Of a stretch of 64,000 bases of DNA, positions 42,114 to 52,899 are shown piece by piece. How positions within the stretch are numbered: position 1 is the first letter of the stretch; each line of letters opens with the position of its first letter. This DNA is from Nitrospirales bacterium (GTDB taxonomy: Bacteria > Nitrospirota > Nitrospiria > Nitrospirales > UBA8639), in the NCBI GenBank assembly GCA_963555755.3, contig OY820905.2:1600001-1664000 (forward strand). The letters run 5' to 3'. Made by a program: the position numbers and the translations under genes. The notes under the pieces were generated by a model, which was not told the DNA's origin, did not search any database, and saw nothing but the letters and a program-made list of their open reading frames with translations.

Positions 42114-42167
42114 GCGAAATCACATACTTGAAAGGCGCACAGGTAGAACTCAGGGCGTTCTGGATTC

Positions 42168-43880
42168 ATGGCGTTCTCTTCAACGATAGCCAGATCTTGG
42201 TTAGCGAGTCGGTTTAAGAATGAGAGGGCCATTCCTCTCCTCTTAATTGCCATTGTCGTACTGATTTGGATTCCCCGGTTGGATGGTCCTATCGATCTGC
42301 GGTGGGATGCGGGCGTGTACTACATTCTGGGCACTTCAATTGCTCAAGGTGAGGGATATAGGCTTCTCAATGAGCCTGAGGAGATTGAAGCCGTCCAGTA
42401 TCCTCCGCTACTCCCGCTGATTGTTGCGGCGCATCAGTGGCTGCTGGGGACAAGCGATTTCCTGGTGGTCGGACAATGGCTAAGGGTCTTCTATTTCTTC
42501 CTGTACATAGGCGTTTCCGTTTCTGTGTACTGGCTCGCACGGCTCTATTTGACTCCAGGGTATGCCTTCCTTGCAGCGTTTGTGTGCATCCTGGATTTAA
42601 ATATGTATTACCTGTCCAACCTATTGTTTACCGAAATCCCCTTTACGCTCCTGACGACGCTCTTTGTCATTTGGAATCAGAAAAGCGAAAAGTTCGGATA
42701 TGCCATGTTAACCGCAGTAGCAGGGGTGGCAACGTACTTTCTGCGGACGGCAGGGATTGCCCTACTCGCCGCCTGGGTGGTTGAAAGCTTTCTGCACCGC
42801 CGATTTAAACAGATGGCTGTCCGAGCACTGGTGGCACTGATCCCGATCCTGATCTGGCAGGCCCACATTAGTGAAGTGAAATACAGCCAGGAGTACAGGC
42901 AACCCGCATACGAGTATCAACGTGCACCCTACCAGCAACACAACGTTACTTACCTGGAGAATATATCGCTGATCAATCCGTTCAGTCCTGAATTGGGCCA
43001 AGTGACAGCAGAGGAGATGATCAGGCGTATTGCGATGAACGTAATCGCCATTCCGGCGGCGCTGGGAGAAGCCTTGTCGGCCCCGATTTGGTTGTGGACA
43101 TTGTCGCTGAGGGAGGCCTCCAAACTGCCGGGCTTCCCGCTGCTCCCAATGTGGCTGGGCGATATACCGTTGTTGCTTTTCGCGAGCCTGGTGATTGCCG
43201 GAATGATATTGCTGGCGGCCCGCGGAAAGTGGTTCATCCCGCTTTACTTTGCTAGCTCTGTTGTCCTAATCCTTTTGACTCCCTTCCAAGGGCAGTTTAC
43301 ACGTTACTTCACGCCCCTAGCCCCCTTCCTAATCCTTTCCCTATTTTACGCCCTTGCGTGTGTCCAGGAGCGTTGCATCCGATGGTTTGTGGGGCCATGG
43401 AAGAAAGCCGGCCCACTGCTGAGTATTCTGGTTATATCGATAATTTTCCTCGTGGAGGGAGCATCTCTGGCCGCGCTATACAGCAAGCGGCGCTATGCTG
43501 TGAGTTACTATGATGCCCATGGAAATGAGGCGGTGCACCATTTATTTTTTTACTTCCCACCATGGAAAGCATTGGACGCTTCACTGGAATGGTTGCGGCA
43601 GCGGTCCAAGTCCGATGAGGTGATCGCGACGACAGTGCCACACTGGGCTTTTCTGCGTATTGGGCGCAAGGCGGTGTCGCCTCCCATGGTCGTAGGGAGT
43701 GAAAACGTACAGCGGCTGTTGGATTCAGTCCCGGTGAAGTATGTCGTCGTGGACGAATTACACAGTCCGGGCATCAGCCAACGGTACCTCGCGCCCGCGA
43801 TCGAGAAACTTCCGGATTTTTGGAAGCTTGTCTACGTTGCGCCGGAGGGGAAGTCCCAAATCTATGAGCGTATAAAATGA
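42168..43880 (+). CDS. GT-C-like multi-pass membrane glycosyltransferase, copy 1
   Basis: WDAGVYYILG, QYPPLLP, LFTEIPF, FLRTAGI. Confidence 0.8.
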   Translation: MAFSSTIARSWLASRFKNERAIPLLLIAIVVLIWIPRLDGPIDLRWDAGVYYILGTSIAQGEGYRLLNEPEEIEAVQYPPLLPLIVAAHQWLLGTSDFLVVGQWLRVFYFFLYIGVSVSVYWLARLYLTPGYAFLAAFVCILDLNMYYLSNLLFTEIPFTLLTTLFVIWNQKSEKFGYAMLTAVAGVATYFLRTAGIALLAAWVVESFLHRRFKQMAVRALVALIPILIWQAHISEVKYSQEYRQPAYEYQRAPYQQHNVTYLENISLINPFSPELGQVTAEEMIRRIAMNVIAIPAALGEALSAPIWLWTLSLREASKLPGFPLLPMWLGDIPLLLFASLVIAGMILLAARGKWFIPLYFASSVVLILLTPFQGQFTRYFTPLAPFLILSLFYALACVQERCIRWFVGPWKKAGPLLSILVISIIFLVEGASLAALYSKRRYAVSYYDAHGNEAVHHLFFYFPPWKALDASLEWLRQRSKSDEVIATTVPHWAFLRIGRKAVSPPMVVGSENVQRLLDSVPVKYVVVDELHSPGISQRYLAPAIEKLPDFWKLVYVAPEGKSQIYERIK

Positions 43881-44136
43881 GTTGGACATTTGTCGTGTCA
43901 ATCAAGTGGCTTTTCACCAATACCCAGTCGTATGCGGCGCGGTCAAACAAGGGCGCGGGAGGGGAATCTTTAGCCGGGTCCCCATGACAGGTGGGTGACC
44001 ATGGCGCAGCGATTTCTTCTAACCAGCGCATCGGTCACACTCATCCTGTGTCTCCTTGAAGGCCGCGTCCTTGTTAGAATTGTGGACTTCACATACTTGA
44101 AAGGCGCACAGGTAGAACTTAGGGGGTTCTGGATTC

Positions 44137-45852
44137 ATGGCGTTCTCTTCAACGATAGCCAGATCTTGGTTAGTGAGTCGGTTTAAGAATGAGAGGGCCA
44201 TTCCTCTCCTCTTAATTGCCATTGTCGTACTGATTTGGATTCCCCGGTTGGATGGACCTATCGATCTGCGGTGGGATGGGGGCGTGTACTACATTCTGGG
44301 CACCTCAATTGCTCAAGGTGAGGGATATAGGCTTCTCAATGAGCCTGAGGAGATCGAAGCTGTCCAGTATCCTCCGCTGCTCCCGCTGATCGTTGCGGCG
44401 CATCAGTGGCTGCTGGGGACAAGCGATTTCCTGGTGGTTGGACAATGGCTAAGGATCTTCTATTTCTTCCTGTACATAGGCGTTTCTATTTCTGTGTACT
44501 GGCTCGCACGGCTGTATTTGACTCCAGGGTATGCCTTACTTGCAGCGGTCGTGTGCATCCTGGATTTAAATATGTATTACCTGTCCAACCTATTGTTCGC
44601 GGAACTCCCCTTTACGCTTCTGACGACGCTCTTTGTCATTTTGAATCAGAAAAGCGAAAAGTTTGGATATGCCATGTTAACCGCAGTAGCAGGGGTGGCA
44701 ACGTACTTTCTGCGGACGGCAGGGATTGCCCTACTCGCCGCCTGGGTGGTTGAAAGCTTTCTGCACCGTCGATTTAAACAGATGGCTGTCCGAGCACTGG
44801 TGGCACTGATCCCGATCCTGATCTGGCAGGCACACATTGATGGAGTGCAGTACAGCCCGGAGTACACGCAACCCGCATACGAGTATCAACGTGCACCCTA
44901 CCAGCAACACAACGTTACTTACCTGGAGAATATTTCGCTGATCAAACCGTTCAGTCCTGAATTGGGCCAAGTGACAGCAGAGGAGATGATCAGGCGTATT
45001 GCGATGAACGCGATCGCCATTCCGGAGGCGCTGGGAGGAGCCGTGGCGGCCTCGAATTGGTTGTGGTTTTTGGGGGTGGTGATGGAGGCCTCTGAACTGC
45101 CTGGCTTCCCGCTGCTCCCAACGTGGCTGGACGATGTAACGTCGTTGCTTTTCGCGAGCCTGGTGATTGCCGGAATGATATTGCTGGCGGCCCGCGGAAA
45201 GTGGTTCATCCCGCTTTATTTTGCTAGCTCTGTCGGCCTCATTCTATTGACTCCCTTCCAAGGGCAGTTTACACGTTACTTCACGCCCTTAGCCCCCTTC
45301 CTGATCCTTTCCCTATTTTACGCCCTTGCGTGTGTCCAGGAGCGTTGCCTCCGATGGTTTGTGGGGCCATGGAAGAAAGCCGGCCCACTGCTGAGTATTC
45401 TGGTTATATCGATAATTTTCATCGTGGAGGGAGTATCTCTGGCCGGGACATACAGCAAGCGGCGCTATGCTGTGAGTTACTATGATGCCCATGGGAATGA
45501 GGCGGTACACCATTTATTTTTTTACTTCCCATCATGGAAAGCGCTGGACGCTTCACTGGAATGGTTGCGGCAGCGGTCCAAGCCGGATGAGGTGATCGCG
45601 ACGAGCGTGCCCCACTGGGCTTTTCTGCGTATTGGGCGCAAGGCGGTGTCGCCTCCTATGGTCGTAGGGAGTGAAAACGTACAGCGGTTGTTGGATTCAG
45701 TCCCGGTGAAGTATGTCGTCGTGGACAAATTAGAATGGCCAGATATCAGCCAACGGTACCTCGCGCCCGCGATCGAGAAACTTCCGGATTTTTGGAAGCT
45801 TGTCTACGTTGCGCCGGAGGGGAAGTCCCAAATCTATGAGCGAATACAATGA
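44137..45852 (+). CDS. GT-C-like multi-pass membrane glycosyltransferase, copy 2
   Basis: Paralogue of 42168-43880. Confidence 0.8.
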   Translation: MAFSSTIARSWLVSRFKNERAIPLLLIAIVVLIWIPRLDGPIDLRWDGGVYYILGTSIAQGEGYRLLNEPEEIEAVQYPPLLPLIVAAHQWLLGTSDFLVVGQWLRIFYFFLYIGVSISVYWLARLYLTPGYALLAAVVCILDLNMYYLSNLLFAELPFTLLTTLFVILNQKSEKFGYAMLTAVAGVATYFLRTAGIALLAAWVVESFLHRRFKQMAVRALVALIPILIWQAHIDGVQYSPEYTQPAYEYQRAPYQQHNVTYLENISLIKPFSPELGQVTAEEMIRRIAMNAIAIPEALGGAVAASNWLWFLGVVMEASELPGFPLLPTWLDDVTSLLFASLVIAGMILLAARGKWFIPLYFASSVGLILLTPFQGQFTRYFTPLAPFLILSLFYALACVQERCLRWFVGPWKKAGPLLSILVISIIFIVEGVSLAGTYSKRRYAVSYYDAHGNEAVHHLFFYFPSWKALDASLEWLRQRSKPDEVIATSVPHWAFLRIGRKAVSPPMVVGSENVQRLLDSVPVKYVVVDKLEWPDISQRYLAPAIEKLPDFWKLVYVAPEGKSQIYERIQ

Positions 45853-46234
45853 GTCGGACATAGGTCGTGTCAATCAAGTGGATTTTCACCAATGCTTAGT
45901 CGTATATGGCGCGGTCAAACAAGGTCGCAGGGTGGAATCTTTAGCTGGGTCCCCATGGCAGGTGGGTGACCTGATGGTCTGGCAGTCAGCACAAGGTAAA
46001 ACCCAGGTTCATCGTCCCGTTCAGATGGGCCTCCGGCTAGTTAAGCTGAAATGGTTACAGCCAACCAAGTAACAGGGGTGCGGAAGGCTGCACTGGGCTA
46101 CGCGGTCATTATCATTTGGCTCAGCACATGGATTTTCTACTCGTCAGTGAAACCCAATCACCAACCCAACTGTTACACGCTGGGCATAATCACCCTATCT
46201 TAATCTGGCACTTTGGAGCCTGGCCTTTCTGATC

Positions 46235-47374
46235 ATGAATGCATCTAAGACGAATCTGGCAAAGAGGTTTTTCCTCACCACCGTTTCGCTATTATTCACT
46301 GTGGGTCTCCTTGAAATCCTCGTCTTGGCCAAAATCGTTGACTTTAGGCTAGTACTGGGTACAGCCCGTAGCCAACCATGGCATCATCCAAACAACCTGC
46401 TCGATCCGAAGCTCTTGCACATACGCAAGCCATACCAATACTTCAAGTGGGCAGGGATCGAGTACCGCTACGATCAGCATGGTCTGAGGAACGAGGCGGA
46501 CCTCGAAACTGCAGACATTGTCGTGATTGGTGATTCATTCATCGAGGGTTGGGGAGTGTCTTCTGCCGACCTCCTCACTTCGCACCTGGGAAAGCAACTG
46601 GGCCGAACGGTAGCGAACCTTGGACAGTCGTGGTATGGCCCTCAACAGGAATTGGAGTTACTTCGGCGATATGGCGTACAGCTGCGTCCAAAAGTTTGCA
46701 CTTGGGTTTTCTACGAAGGCAACGACCTCTGGGACGTGGGCCGTTACAAGGAGGCAACAAAGAATTGGGTGAATTTTTCAAAGGACCTACACTCCTTCCG
46801 CCAGCGGTCCTTTACGAAAAACGCCATCGCTGCCATGCGCAAGCTCTTCTTCTCCGTAATGCCCCCTCGTGATGACAACGCCTTTATTATCAAGGACTGG
46901 TCAGGCGTATTCGAAATGTCATCAGGCCGTAAGGTCCGACTTATTTATTTGCAACCGAACCGTGGTAACTTGTCTCCCGTCGACCTCGAAGCCCTACAAC
47001 TCGTCCGTGCCAGCCTTGCGGAGGCACATGAGCTTTGTCGGAAGGTTGGAGCTAAATTCTGGGTCGTTTTTGCCCCGGTCACGTTCCGGGTCTATAAGGA
47101 ATTCCTCGAATTCGATCCTCAGGCGCAGGCACGAACCTGGGTGGCCAACGACCTTCCCGTAAAGCTTGAGATGATTGTCCGAAACGCGTTGCCTGGCGCA
47201 GAATTCTTGGACCTGACCCCCGCTCTCACTGCGAAGGCGGCAGAGGGACGGCTCCTGTATTTTCCAGAATGGGACACCCATTGGTCCCCGGAAGGCCATC
47301 GTGTTGCTGCCAACGCAATCGCCCAATCCTTGATCCAATGGGAGCAGAACCCTGTCTCAACACCACATCGCTGA
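46235..47374 (+). CDS. SGNH / AlgX-AlgJ-like protein (putative O-acyltransferase or esterase)
   Basis: N-terminal TM; DQHGLRN, VIGDSFIEG, YEGND, DTHWSPEGH. Confidence 0.85.
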   Translation: MNASKTNLAKRFFLTTVSLLFTVGLLEILVLAKIVDFRLVLGTARSQPWHHPNNLLDPKLLHIRKPYQYFKWAGIEYRYDQHGLRNEADLETADIVVIGDSFIEGWGVSSADLLTSHLGKQLGRTVANLGQSWYGPQQELELLRRYGVQLRPKVCTWVFYEGNDLWDVGRYKEATKNWVNFSKDLHSFRQRSFTKNAIAAMRKLFFSVMPPRDDNAFIIKDWSGVFEMSSGRKVRLIYLQPNRGNLSPVDLEALQLVRASLAEAHELCRKVGAKFWVVFAPVTFRVYKEFLEFDPQAQARTWVANDLPVKLEMIVRNALPGAEFLDLTPALTAKAAEGRLLYFPEWDTHWSPEGHRVAANAIAQSLIQWEQNPVSTPHR

Positions 47375-47472
47375 GACGCTAGGGAGCACCAGATTTGGGA
47401 AAGAAAGTTTTTTTCAAGGGATGTTCGTAACAGCGAGTTCACTCATCGTGGACTCGTTGTTGGCCGGGGACA

Positions 47473-49146
47473 TCACTCGATGTTAATGGGCCTCGATGCT
47501 GCAGATGTTGCCGAAACCGTGGGAGCTGATCCACTTCTCCGTAAACATTGGGTAACGGATGTGCCGTTGGGTAACTCGGGAAGGAAGTACAGTATCTCCG
47601 TAAATTGGTGAACGACCTCTTTGTGGTCGAGCGTCGCGTATTCTTGAAGCCATATCTCAGCAGGAGAGGGCTTCCCCAGGTCATGGACTTTCACGACTGC
47701 CACTCGGCAGCGGTTGTCGAGCAAATCATTCATATCGTCAGGCAGGTGCCGTTGTTCTAGTTGAACGACCCAGGAAGCCAGGGGTGTGGATGTCTCCAAA
47801 TAGCGACTGACACCCAAAACGCCAGAGGGAATAGAGTGGACGATGATGAGATCGGAGGGCGTAGACCAGGCCGCTAACCGAGTGCCTATTTCAGGATATG
47901 CCCATGGGCGGGATGGTTCTGCAAACACGTCCCTGATCCCTGGAAGCCAAGTGAGAAGGATCAGCATGAGAAAGGCAACCGCCCCCCTGGGTGGGAGCCG
48001 GCTTATGTAAAAGCCTGCCAACAGCATGGCTGCCGGAAAACCCGGCAGCGCATACCGCCAAACAGTAGAAGTTCTTGTGTGCATGAGTGAATCAAACAGA
48101 ACCGGGCCTAAGCACGAAGCGACCACCCACAACCAAATCAGGCTCCGCCCGTGAGAGGAAAGGCGCCAGACCCTTTTGTAGAGTAGTAGGACGATGAGGA
48201 ATGCATACAGGCAAACAATGATTCTGTCTGGCCACACGAAGTCGCTCCAGGGAACTCGGCTCCCAAGCAGGCTAGACGCCAAGTTGAACGGTGCTGCAAG
48301 CAGTTGCTGCCAAGTCATCTGCGAGTCTAACCAACCCGCGGTGACCCGCCACCGGCTGAGGCTGTCCGGAATTTGTATGTACCACGGAAGAATAACCAGC
48401 CCCGTCATAAGGATAAGTCCTACAAGAACACCTCGCTTCACTTTATTTGTGTGGATCCAAAACCACGCAAAGCAGGCAAGCCAACAGAAGGCGAAAAAAT
48501 AGTGAGTCAGGAGACCGGCTGCGCCAGTTACGCACCAAAGTAGCAAAAGATGTGGTCGCGGTCCGCGCCGGTTTAACAAAAAAGTACACAAGGCAAGGCT
48601 CAAGCCGAGAACCCACACCAGCGAATACATTCGTCCCTCCGCAGAGTAATAAAGCCCGGGCGGTGAAAAGGTGAACAGAAGGCAGGTTGCCCAGGCCGTC
48701 TTCTTTCCACCCACCTCCCGTCCGAGAATCCAAAGAAGTGGTAAACATGCCAAGGCAAACACAGTTGAAAAGAGACGGAGAGCAAAGTCACTGGTTCCGG
48801 TGATCCGGGTATACACGTTAAGGAGTAGGTAATAAAAGGGAGGGCTCGTGTCTGACAGAAACACCGCACGGATGACGCGGCTCGCTCCAGCCGGCGGCGT
48901 CTCGTGCTCCATGTAACGGCGAAATGCCGATGCTGGTTCTGCTGATTGCGGCTCTACAAAATCCCCCAACTTCGGGTCTGCATCCTCGGGCGGATGCTCC
49001 AGGCTGTGGCCTGTAGCCATGGCGAGTGAAAAGATTTCATCAGCCCATAGGCCCGGGTGCACTGCCGCTGGCATCCTCATGAGCGCTGCAATACACAAGA
49101 GGAGGATAAAAAGGGTGAATTGCCAGGTGTATTGGGATCGGCTCAA
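47473..49146 (-). CDS. GT-C fold glycosyltransferase (GT39/ArnT-like)
   Basis: LWADE, DTSPPFYYLLL, ALRLFS, AEGRMYSL, LTHYF. Confidence 0.9.
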   Translation of the reverse strand: MSRSQYTWQFTLFILLLCIAALMRMPAAVHPGLWADEIFSLAMATGHSLEHPPEDADPKLGDFVEPQSAEPASAFRRYMEHETPPAGASRVIRAVFLSDTSPPFYYLLLNVYTRITGTSDFALRLFSTVFALACLPLLWILGREVGGKKTAWATCLLFTFSPPGLYYSAEGRMYSLVWVLGLSLALCTFLLNRRGPRPHLLLLWCVTGAAGLLTHYFFAFCWLACFAWFWIHTNKVKRGVLVGLILMTGLVILPWYIQIPDSLSRWRVTAGWLDSQMTWQQLLAAPFNLASSLLGSRVPWSDFVWPDRIIVCLYAFLIVLLLYKRVWRLSSHGRSLIWLWVVASCLGPVLFDSLMHTRTSTVWRYALPGFPAAMLLAGFYISRLPPRGAVAFLMLILLTWLPGIRDVFAEPSRPWAYPEIGTRLAAWSTPSDLIIVHSIPSGVLGVSRYLETSTPLASWVVQLEQRHLPDDMNDLLDNRCRVAVVKVHDLGKPSPAEIWLQEYATLDHKEVVHQFTEILYFLPELPNGTSVTQCLRRSGSAPTVSATSAASRPINIE

Positions 49147-49589
49147 TCTGTCACACTGGTCGGTCAGAAAATATACTATTCAGCAGTCTTTGGTGATGAT
49201 GCTGGGTGGTATTCTGTTACGATCGACCCTAGAGTATAAATTTTCCCCGGCCAGCGTCAAAGTCAACAACTGATTAGCGTCAAAAACATCAACAGAGTTT
49301 TCTAAAGAGAGGCAAGCCCGGGATTTCTGCGCAAGAGTTGTCCTATTCAAAAAGGACGAGGGTCCAACTAATGACTATTGCCTTTAGGCGATTTTTAAAC
49401 GGTAATACAACCGCTGAAGCATTGGGAACTAGCCTTTTTCTCCTTACCAGACAGAATCGTTAATCCCATTATGCTATTCCGTGGGAGGAATAGGCAGGGG
49501 TAAAAATTTTTATGATATTAGGAATGGATTTTGCAGGTTCATTTGGGTACCTCGTTATTGACCGGTTTGTCTAAGGAATCATTTCTGAT

Positions 49590-50696
49590 ATGTCAGTGGT
49601 AATTGTAACAGGAAGTGCTGGCCTTATTGGGGCCGAGACCGTTCGATTCTTTTCCAGGAAGAATCTTACTGTCATTGGCATCGACAATGATATGCGCCGG
49701 TATTATTTCGGGAACGGTGCCAGCACTGCATGGAGTAGAGAAAGTCTGAAACAGAGCGTCCAGGGATATATTCATGCGGATATCGATATCCGCGATTATG
49801 GGTCTCTGGAATCCATATTTAAGCGGTATCATCGTAACATTGTCGCGATTGTCCACACTGCCGCTCAACCGTCACACGACTGGGCAGCGAGAGAACCGAT
49901 GACCGACTTTGCGGTGAACGCGACCGGCACTCTCAACCTTCTTGAGCTGACCCGACTGCACTGTCCCGCAGCGGTCTTTCTCTTCACCAGTACGAACAAA
50001 GTTTACGGTGACACACCCAATCGACTTCCTCTCATTGAGCAAGACAAACGATGGGAACTTACTCATACTCATCCATTCAGTACCTACGGCATTGATGAGT
50101 CCATGAGCATAGACCAGACCCTCCATAGCCTCTTTGGAGCATCAAAGCTCGGAGCTGATGTGCTGGTGCAGGAATATGGACGATATTTCGATATGAAAAC
50201 AGCCTGCTTCCGAGCTGGCTGTTTAACTGGGCCTGGCCATTCGGGCACCCAACTTCATGGCTTTCTCGCGTATCTCGTCAGGTGTACCATCACTGGCCAG
50301 GCGTACACCGTTTTTGGATACAAAGGTAAACAAGTACGGGATAATCTTCACTCGTACGACTTGGTAAGGGCTTTCTGGCAGTTTTTCCTGAAGCCGCGAG
50401 TTGCGGAGGTCTACAATATGGGTGGCGGGCTCCTCGCCAATTGTTCAATGCTGGAAGCGATTGACCTATGTGAATGGGTTATTGGTCGACCATTGCGTTG
50501 GTCATACAGTGAGTCAAATCGGGCTGGTGATCATATCTGGTGGATCAGTGACATTAGGAAATTCCAATTGCACTATCCCGATTGGCGTCCGACATATGAT
50601 ATTGAGCAAATCATTACCGAAATTCGTGATGGCTTGATGGATCACTTTGCTTCGAAAAAGTCGGTTGAAGCCCATAGCATGACCGTCACCCGTTAA
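49590..50696 (+). CDS. NAD-dependent epimerase/dehydratase (CDP-paratose 2-epimerase-like)
   Basis: [43 protein letters not shown]. Confidence 0.9.
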   Translation: MSVVIVTGSAGLIGAETVRFFSRKNLTVIGIDNDMRRYYFGNGASTAWSRESLKQSVQGYIHADIDIRDYGSLESIFKRYHRNIVAIVHTAAQPSHDWAAREPMTDFAVNATGTLNLLELTRLHCPAAVFLFTSTNKVYGDTPNRLPLIEQDKRWELTHTHPFSTYGIDESMSIDQTLHSLFGASKLGADVLVQEYGRYFDMKTACFRAGCLTGPGHSGTQLHGFLAYLVRCTITGQAYTVFGYKGKQVRDNLHSYDLVRAFWQFFLKPRVAEVYNMGGGLLANCSMLEAIDLCEWVIGRPLRWSYSESNRAGDHIWWISDIRKFQLHYPDWRPTYDIEQIITEIRDGLMDHFASKKSVEAHSMTVTR

Positions 50697-50897
50697 ATGC
50701 AACGCCTTTGGAGTAAGAATGCGCTGGAGCCCATAGTCTCCGTGGATAGTACCAAGAACCGAATGGGGTCGACGATTCGGGACTTGATGCGCTCCTAATA
50801 GGAAGGCCGTGAGGGGTTGTGCTGAGGGGTGTGCCATTCAGAAAGATCTTCGGTATTTAGTTCAAGGGTCTGGTTCCATTCTTGTTGAGGCTTCTCT

Positions 50898-52457
50898 GTG
50901 ATGAGGAAAGATACATCCTGCATTAAAACCCTGGCAATCCGCGAGCAATTTCGGGACGCGTATCTGCAACACCGCGATCCGATCCCTCAGGACCGGTTGC
51001 TGTGGCGGGCTCAGAGTTTCCGTCACATGACGCATGTTATGCCCGGGCAGACTATTTTAGAGCTGGGCTGCGGTCAGGGTATGTTCACCCAGCAACTGGT
51101 TCGGGTGACGCGGGAGGAAAATCCGATTACGGCGGTCGGGTTTACTCCCGACAGTACAGGGCCTTCAGTATCGTCTGCAGCGGTTGAATTCATTCACGCA
51201 CCGGAATCATTAGAGTCCCTGAAGGGCAGACAGTTTGATTTTATTGTCGCGATGGACCTTTTGGATCAGCGCACCGGTTCGTGGCTGCTGGAAAACGTAT
51301 ACCAACTTCTGAAGCCGGGAGGGCAGTTGGTGTTTTATGAGAGCAATCCCTGGAACGTGGTGCTTAAACTTCGAACGATTTTTCAAAGACTTTGGGGTCG
51401 GCCCGATCCACGATTTTTGCTCAGTCGCCTGCAATTGTACGAACTGATGTCGGAAGTAGGATTTATCCGAGTGTTTTCGATTTATAACGACTTTGTTTAT
51501 GCACCGCTCACTCAAGGGCTTTCCTGGATTCTCCGCAACCTGTCAATCGTGCTGGAAAATACTCCGGCAATCCGGACTCTGGCCGGGTCGATCTTGGTCC
51601 ATGGCCAAAAACCACCACGCAAAATTGTTCATCCCAAAAACTCCCTATTCGCCTACGAGCACCTTCGCCATGCCATTTCCGTCGTGATTCCGTGTCGCAA
51701 CGAGGAGAAAAACATCGGCTCCCTCGTGACAGGCCTGCTAGATTTATTTGGGGAGTACATTCACGAGATTATCATCGTCGACGACAACAGTGAGGACAAC
51801 ACTCGAGACGTTCTTCGCAGACTGGCTAAGAAAGCCTCTCGCATCAAACCCATTTTCCGCTCACCCCCGAATGGCGTAGGAAGAGCCATTGCTGATGGAT
51901 ATCGAGCCGTCACAGGTCAGTATGTCCTATCGATGGATTGCGACTTTTGGTATCTATTGCCGGAAATCCGCGACCTATTTGACGCTGCCGCAGAGGGTCA
52001 TGAAGTCGTCATAGGCAGCCGTTTCTCCCGGCACAGCGTTTTGTTGAACTACCCATTTCATAAGATCATTGCGAATCGAACCTTTCATCTCCTGGCTCAG
52101 TTGATGCTGCGATACTCCTTTCGAGACTTGACCAATAACCTCAAACTGATGCGTCGAGATGTCGTCGAGAAATTGCAGCTTAAGGAGCCAGAATTTGCTG
52201 TGAACGCAGAGATTGGTTTGCAGCTCGTGTTGATGGGCTGCAGGGTTAAGGAGGTTCCGATTTCCTGGATCGAGCGTACTTTTGATATGGACATTTCCTC
52301 ATTCAATATGGCTCGAGTCGGCGGCGGATATTGGAGAGTTCTGCGTCGCCTTTGGCTCAAGCGCGTCTTCGGCATCGGCGCTTACAAAACCCTTCCAATA
52401 CCGAAAAGACATCAGATAGAAAAATCCCGAAAGTCATTTTTTATGAAAAACGCATGA
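50898..52457 (+). CDS. Class I SAM methyltransferase-like + GT2 (DPM1-like) fusion
   Basis: LELGCGQG and LLKPGG, then SVVIPCRNEE, VDDNSED, SMDCD, IGSRF. Confidence 0.88.
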   Translation: MMRKDTSCIKTLAIREQFRDAYLQHRDPIPQDRLLWRAQSFRHMTHVMPGQTILELGCGQGMFTQQLVRVTREENPITAVGFTPDSTGPSVSSAAVEFIHAPESLESLKGRQFDFIVAMDLLDQRTGSWLLENVYQLLKPGGQLVFYESNPWNVVLKLRTIFQRLWGRPDPRFLLSRLQLYELMSEVGFIRVFSIYNDFVYAPLTQGLSWILRNLSIVLENTPAIRTLAGSILVHGQKPPRKIVHPKNSLFAYEHLRHAISVVIPCRNEEKNIGSLVTGLLDLFGEYIHEIIIVDDNSEDNTRDVLRRLAKKASRIKPIFRSPPNGVGRAIADGYRAVTGQYVLSMDCDFWYLLPEIRDLFDAAAEGHEVVIGSRFSRHSVLLNYPFHKIIANRTFHLLAQLMLRYSFRDLTNNLKLMRRDVVEKLQLKEPEFAVNAEIGLQLVLMGCRVKEVPISWIERTFDMDISSFNMARVGGGYWRVLRRLWLKRVFGIGAYKTLPIPKRHQIEKSRKSFFMKNA

Positions 52458-52574
52458 GTGCGGGAGGAACGACAACTCCCGGCGTGCCTTTGAAGACGGT
52501 CTGATTCCGGACCCCTCTTGCAAAATCTCTGCTTGGCCATCCACTCTCGGTGGCAGCTCTCTGATAGACAGTCT

Positions 52575-52780
52575 CCTGTCAACTTCTCGACGCTTTGTCA
52601 AAACCCTCCACGAAAAAGAAACCAATCCCACGGGTTGAATGGGGTTAGCCTTCTTCCAACCCAAGCGTTAAACAGGTCGTATTTGGTGTTCTTCACCACT
52701 GCCCTGAGAGAAAGTCCGTGGCATATACTTTGCACTAAATTCAACGAGACTCTCTCTCTGAATCCGTAGGGTCTGGATAA
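52575..52780 (+). promoter_or_regulatory. sigma54 promoter cassette B (box GTCAACTTCTCGAC; TGGCATATACTTTGC 52719-52733)
   Basis: Homologous to cassettes A and C, with a deletion of about 10 bp between box and promoter. Confidence 0.85.
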
Positions 52781-52899
52781 TAGGGTTGGTTTCTGCGGAA
52801 TGGAAAAAACGAAGTGTAGGTTGAGACGTCCAAAGGCTAATAGTCAAAAGGTCCCGACCAAGATATATCAGGCAACATCATGGATCACTCTCGGTTGAG

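Larger units (their letters stand above)
42120..45971 (+). repeat. Tandem duplication of about 1.88 kb (42120-44000 and 44089-45971)
   Basis: Both units start TCACATACTTGAAAGGCGCACAGG and end CAGGTGGGTGACC; the encoded proteins are highly similar. Confidence 0.95.

Noticed and set aside
49256..49534. Cassette-like boxes and GG-N10-GC motifs upstream of the epimerase
   Set aside because: The well-spaced motif (49401) lacks TTGC and the better motif (49521) has the wrong spacing.
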